From Octopus vulgaris (Eukaryota): a DNA stretch of 64,000 nucleotides. This document shows, one piece after another, positions 57,911-64,000 of this stretch (position 1 is its first letter; the number at the start of each line of letters is the position of its first letter). The DNA lies in contig OX597829.1 in the NCBI GenBank assembly GCA_951406725.2, positions 57,288,001 through 57,352,000 of the forward strand. Direction: 5' to 3'. A program made the translations under genes and the position numbers. The notes below the pieces were generated by a model, which had not been told where the DNA came from, searched no databases, and saw nothing but the letters and a program-made list of their open reading frames with translations.

Positions 57911-58464
57911 CGTCGGCATCCGTCCGTCTCGAGAGACGATGGTGTAGCTCGGAAAATGTTGAGCTACAAGGCCTGGGCAGGTTTGTATGAGGGATCAGCT
58001 ATTGCCCATGCAGTTTGATCCCTCCTCTCCACGCAGCTGGTAGCTCCAAGAGAACGACGGGTCGATACAGCTTGGTACCAGATGCGTCGCAGGAGTTGCC
58101 GGTGATGACGTGTTGTGTCAGGCCGCCATAGAGACTCCAGCTCCGGATTTTCTATCGGGGTTTACTCCTTTAGCCTTCCCCTGGAGGAGGTCTTGCCGCA
58201 AAGCAGCGGAAGTTTGAAATCGGAGTTTCCCTCTCCTAGTTGGGCTGTCAGTCAAGGCTATCGAGTCCCAACTACCTGAAGCAACTGGTTTTAAGGCGCC
58301 AGTGACTCGCCTTTGCCCCTTCTCCTGTCAGTGGGAACAGTTTCGCCGCGGGAAGGCCAGGAGTTTGACTTGACTGTCAGAGGCTATTTGAGACGCACGC
58401 CGTGGGAGTACTTTGTAGGCAATGGGTGCTTATCCCCGCTACCATTCCCGGCTATGACAGCCTT
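57911..58464 (-). mobile_element. Short non-autonomous RTE-derived element (5'-UTR-like) with HDV-like ribozyme remnant
   Basis: GC-rich island in TA microsatellite; minus strand CACTGGCGCCTTAAAACCAG and CTAGGAGAGGGAAACTCCGATTTCAAAC resemble RTE/BovB 5' UTRs; no ORF. Confidence 0.6.
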
Positions 58465-58467
58465 TGA

Positions 58468-58531
<64 letters not shown>

Positions 58532-58570
58532 GAAAGAAGGTTTGAAAATGCAATTTAAAAGATGTTTATT

Positions 58571-58614
58571 TACTTTACCGGTTTCACTCTTTGGAAAAAG
58601 ATTGTCAAAAGTAA
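58571..58614 (-). ncRNA. Degenerate hammerhead ribozyme, U3-A8 core
   Basis: UACUU UUGACAA UCUUU-UUCC-AAAGA GU GAAA CCGG UA^AAGUA. Confidence 0.5.
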
Positions 58615-58941
58615 CATGTAGAAGTTTGGTTGCGTTAATTATTGGTTGTTACAAATTGCTACATTACATATATACAGTCTTTGGTAACAGGGACATGTTA
58701 AGGACATAAAAAAGTTCAACAAGTTCCTTAAAATATTGGGCACAAAAGATTATTACATAAATAATCGTTCCCAAGGACATGCTTAAGATAGTTTCCAGAA
58801 GGAATTGATATTGGTATTGGTATTTTATCTATATATTCAAACATGCACAGAATATTGGTTGATACAATCCATATAAATATACAGTCTTTGGTGACAAGAG
58901 CATGTTGAGAATGTTCTTGTCACTAACATATATATGTATAT

Positions 58942-58975
<34 letters not shown>

Positions 58976-59165
58976 ATATACATATACATATACATATATA
59001 TATATTCTTGCCTAGTGCGAGCCCACAGCAATATCATATCTTCTCCACTATTTCAGTATTATGTGTCAAAAGTGAAACAATAACATCTTTTTATTGTAAT
59101 GTCAGATACTTTCACTTTAATACAGAAACTATTAAAGTGAAACTATTATCTCGTATACATATACA

Positions 59166-59214
<49 letters not shown>

Positions 59215-59311
59215 GTATATGTATACATCTGTACAAATGTGTATATATATATATAAATGTATATATAGATGTATATATATAGATGTATATATATATATAT
59301 AGATGTAAATA

Positions 59312-59349
<38 letters not shown>

Positions 59350-59507
59350 CATGTAAATGTATAGATGTATTTCTATAGATATAGATGTATATATATATAT
59401 AGATGTATATATATAGATGTACATGTAATATGTACACATATATATACACATATGTACATGCATATATATATATACACCTATACACACACATACACACATG
59501 TATACAT

Positions 59508-59830
59508 AGGTGCAGGTGTGGCCGTGTGGTAACAAACTTGGTTCAAAAACACATGGTCCTGGGTTCAGTCCCACTGTGTGGTAACTTGGCATGTGTCTTC
59601 TGCTATAGCCTCAGACCAACCAAAGCCTTGTCAATGGATTTTGTAGACAGAAACTGAAAGAAATCTATCGTATATATATATATGTATGTATATATGTAAG
59701 TATATGTGTGTGTCTTTGTCTCTGTGTTTCTCCCTCATCAATGCTTCACAACTGGTGTTCGTTTATTTACATCTCCATAACTTACTGGTTTCACAAGAAG
59801 AAACTGATAGAATAAGTACCAGGCTTATCA
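59508..59830 (+). mobile_element. tRNA-derived SINE with 3' extension
   Basis: Same head as 50510-50670; downstream GATAGAATAAGTACCAGGCTT tail. Confidence 0.75.
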
Positions 59831-60334
59831 AAATGAAAAAAAAAAAAAACACTAAGCTGTGTCTCATATTTTTGTTTACCCACTCAATTTATTATTTTTT
59901 TTTATATATATATATATATATTTGAGATATACTTCGATTGTGATTTCTGCAATGTGGTGCATAAATTGTCAAGTAAATGAGAGGCCTCTTTGCCTCCACT
60001 GATTCAGTTGCAAAGTGTTGACTGGTTATTCAAAGACATTTATAGATTGTAAATTTATTCTGTCCAGTTACGTATCAGTATAGTGGTTATTTGCAAACTC
60101 CAGAGGTGACACTTTCATTTCTCCTTAGCCCCCACGTTACACATTTGTTAATGTTTATTTGAGCTGGGTCACGCCCTTCCAATTGCTATAGATCCGTAAT
60201 GCATCTTACGGCTGTGCCTTTCACCTGTATGATGAGGAATCCCACATTGGGAGTGGTAACGACTAGGGTAGGGTAGCTGACTGCTTATTGTGGTCATTCG
60301 TCTTTTGGTTTCCTGTAGCTTTGGTCTCTTTTAC

Positions 60335-60751
60335 AAACCTAATGAACATACATATATTTCCTATTTCAAAGAAATTCAATCAATAGATATAAGACCCAAG
60401 TTAAAAAGATTCTCAACAATTCAACTTCTCTGGTTGACATTAAGACAACCACCCCCAATAGGGGCCTTAACTCCCACATTTTAGAGCTCTATGACCTCCA
60501 TTTTTCAGAAGCAAAATCCTTTTAACAGGTTCTATAAAACTGGAATTTTGGAAACTGCGCGTAAAAATCAGTAGTATGGGATACACGTGTCATGATTACA
60601 ATTTTTAGGGTGTGTAGAGAGGGAAAGAACCCTCATCTGCAATTTTGAAGAAATTCGAACCATAGGTATTCTAATTCATTACAGAAAATATAACAGAAAA
60701 GTTTAATTCTTCAATTGCATGTAACCGGGCAACGCCGGGTATCTCTGCTTG
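60335..60751 (+). mobile_element. Helitron-like element (5' boundary uncertain)
   Basis: 3' hairpin CCGGGCAACGCCGGG followed by CTTG|T, the same terminus type as 39011-39038. Confidence 0.5.
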
Positions 60752-60762
60752 TATGTATGTAT

Positions 60763-60807
<45 letters not shown>

Positions 60808-60811
<4 letters not shown>

Positions 60812-61001
60812 TATTGGTGAATTGAAGAAATGGAGCTGAACGCAGATTGAACAGAAATCGTTTTATTTCATTCTACACGTGTTTCGAAAGGCACAAATTA
60901 CCAAAATCCGATTTGTGCCTTTCGAAACACGTGTAGAATGAAATAAAACGATTTCTGTTCAATCTGCGTTCAGCTCCATTTCTTCAATTCACCAATAATG
61001 T
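60808..61001. repeat. Perfect palindrome: 91-bp arms, 12-nt spacer, with the 3' half of a hammerhead
   Basis: 60808-60898 is the reverse complement of 60911-61001; contains GAAA CACGTG TA. Confidence 0.93.
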
Positions 61002-61154
61002 TCTAATTTCAATTATCCGCACCAACGCACGGTTGCAACACCATATGGTTGTACCTCCAACCGTGCTGTTTTACTGCTGTGATTTTTGCTACTAAGGGAT
61101 CGGTTAAACTTTTGATTAATCTACTACAAGATTATTCATCTTTCTATTTCACAT

Positions 61155-61187
<33 letters not shown>

Positions 61188-61208
61188 ACGTATATATAAA
61201 TATATATA

Positions 61209-61246
61209 TTGTCTGATGAACGGCAACGAGAAACTCAGAGTAACAG
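61209..61246 (+). ncRNA. Minimal type-I hammerhead ribozyme
   Basis: UUGU CUGAUGA ACG-GCAA-CGA GAAA CUC-A-GAG UA^ACAG; canonical core, one mismatch at the base of stem II. Confidence 0.65.
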
Positions 61247-61278
61247 ATTTTGTTGAATTTTCTGCTGCTTAAAATAAA

Positions 61279-61467
<189 letters not shown>

Positions 61468-61530
61468 GTTTGTGTATATATACATATATATGTATTGAGA
61501 AAAAAGAAGCAGTCAGAATTTTGGATAATT

Positions 61531-61575
61531 CCTTATTAGCGCTTTCGTTCGTTTATCGAACTCGTCAAGACAAAA
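61531..61575 (-). ncRNA. Minimal hammerhead ribozyme (1-nt core defect)
   Basis: UUUUGU CUUGACGA GUUCG-AUAAA-CGAAC GAAA GCGC UA^AUAAGG. Confidence 0.6.
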
Positions 61576-61717
61576 ATCAAAACAATTAAAACAGAACATT
61601 TCTTTGTTCAGTTATATGTTTTTTTGATTTGTTTTAGAAGAGGAGAAAATATTTTTGTTATTTGGAGGGAAAAGTGAGGGGGGTAAGAGAAAGGAAAGCA
61701 ATGAGGGGAGAAAAATG

Positions 61718-61752
<35 letters not shown>

Positions 61753-63794
61753 GTATGTGTATATATATATATATATATACTAATATATATCTGTACGTCT
61801 TGATCTAAGATTATATTAAGCTAAAAAGTCCATATTTTCAGTGTTGCGTCACTAAATACTTTATTGCTATACTTTAATACCCATGAATGTCTAAGTGTTT
61901 AAGGTTGATCCTGTACTCAGAGTAATTCTCAATTCATTACACCCTGTAATAAGTTCTGTACCTACTTCAATACTACAGCAGTATATACTGCATTCAACTC
62001 TTATGAATGCCTGGCTAGAGTTTAAAGTTACTTCGAGTATTTCTGAGATCCAATATACTTTATACTAAATGCTTGCAAGTTATCAACTACTTACATATTT
62101 TATTAACGATGGCAGTTTCTTCATGTCAGACGATCACGAGGAAGTGTGGTATGCTATCGGAATAAACCAATCTTTGATGATGCAGGCTTTCTTACCTGCT
62201 TGTGCTCTGTAGTCTTAAAAGTGAGAGTTGGTCCGAGCAATCTGTTCCCACTCTTTAGACTTGAAGGTCTATGGGCTGAGACAGCTACAGTGACCAACAA
62301 AATGTGGAGTTTTACATTGCAATGGCCTTGTCTTAGGTGGGTTGTTTTACAGGACTGGAGAGCTTTGCCCACCCAGAAGTTGTTGGAAGGTCGTAAAGGT
62401 ACTGGACTACCCGAGGAGCTCAACTTCTTGATTTGCTGTCAAAGTTAACTTGCGTAATCTTTTCTCATCCTTACACACTCCCAAGGCAGACAGGGTTTTT
62501 GTTGGGGGTTTCCTCCATAACATGCTAATTAACCGATAGATGGATCCTTACAGGTGTTACTGCTGGGAGCAATAGTAGCTAAGAGGTTTAAACAACATAT
62601 ATGTTGTAGTTATAATATTTTTTATTATACATCTACTTCTATTGCACAATTTGAATTTACTCTACTATTGGAAATCAGCAAATAATTTTACCTGTACATA
62701 CTTCAGCCTAGCTGATTCTTTCTTTCTTTTCTTTCTTTCTTTTTTTGTTAAGTGACAGGAGTACAGAGCATTGCTATGCTGCAGAAGCACTGGTGAAATG
62801 CATATTTGTCCCCCATGTGATCACTTCTGGGGTGATTTTGTTTTCTCTAACTCTGAAGGAGATGTTTATAAAGAAATTTTTCTTGGATGAAAAACCACAA
62901 TTTCTAGTACTTAAACAAAGCACACAAGTTTTGTTATATCGACAATGTTTTCATTAATAGAACGTCTTTTGCATAATTCGAATTCAAAATAAGATAATTT
63001 GATTACCATAGATTTTATTCACTGCATAATTATTTCCAGTCATTCATTTAATGCCCTGAAACAGTAGATTTGTTAACACTAATTACCGATCATTATTTTT
63101 TTTTCGAACTGATGGTCGCAAATTCCGCAGATCTTTTTCTTTACGATTTTCACATGACTATTTTAGAGATTATAGGGAATTCTATATCTAACTGATGAGG
63201 TCATATTACCATCGAAAGATGTCCGTAGTCCCCTTCCAGGAAAAATAAGAAATAATATCAGTCAATCAGTAATTAATACTGTGTTCTTTTTTGCTGACCA
63301 TATAATACTTCGAATTATGCAACAGAAGCAACTCTTTAATAAAAAAGATTATCAATGCCGCATACATAACATATGTATGTTGTATTTATTATGATGTTTA
63401 TACACATTAATTATATTTACTAGACCTTACTAATGCACTTTTCATTAAGTACGATCACAAAAAGAAAACTAACTATTACAAGAAAATCTATGAATGTAAC
63501 ACAATTTGTAGCACACACCTCATTTTTACAACCAAATCTTTCCCACGCATATTTGGGTCAACGATGAATTAAAACATCGTCAAGCATGAATCAAAAACTG
63601 AGCTCGAGATCTGGGGTGCGACTGTCTATACAATATTACTACTGTGAATGGTATTAAGACATTTATACCATGTATAAATTTCATTTAATTGTTAAATTGT
63701 CATTATTACACTTACATTGACGTGAAAAGCACGTGTATTGCTGTGTGTTTGTGGTTTGTGTGTGTGTGTGTGCGTGTGTGTGTGTGAGGTGTTA

Positions 63795-63950
63795 GCTTGG
63801 CTGTATGTTAAGAAGTTTGCTTCCCAGCCATATGGATCCGGGTTCAGTCCCACTGCATGGCACCTTAAGCAAGTGTCTTCTACTCTATCTTCGGGTCGAC
63901 CAAAGTCTTGTGAGTAGATTTGGTAGACAAAAGCTGAAAGACAACATCGT
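63795..63950 (+). mobile_element. tRNA-derived SINE
   Basis: Same family as 50510-50670. Confidence 0.78.
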
Positions 63951-64000
63951 GTACATATATATATATATATATATATATCGTCGTCGGTCGCAGCACCACA

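Overview
Eukaryotic, very AT-rich, almost entirely repetitive DNA; I found no supportable host protein-coding gene. The SINE families and microsatellite content suggest an octopod cephalopod (Octopus-like), which is an inference. Positions ~1-45,500 are a dense, nested cluster of about 25 fragments of R4/Dong-clade non-LTR retrotransposons (RT + CCHC zinc knuckle + PD-(D/E)xK restriction-like endonuclease). They come from roughly nine divergent families (my labels A-I) and nearly all sit in (TAA)n microsatellites. Interspersed is a ~557-bp non-coding element (3 full-length copies, 4 5'-truncated copies and 1 duplicated 15-nt end). It uses the same (TAA)n target and polarity and looks like a non-autonomous parasite of Dong. 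The divergent Dong families share a covarying 3'-UTR hairpin, and the non-coding element carries a similar hairpin. Also present: mariner and Tigger/pogo DNA transposons, RTE, CR1/L2 and L1/Tx1 LINE relics, tRNA-derived SINEs, two Helitron-like elements, and a Penelope-like GIY-YIG fragment. There are at least seven minimal hammerhead-ribozyme motifs (one apparently intact with a U3-A8 core variant), some in long inverted repeats. All calls are by eye; boundaries of degraded copies are approximate.
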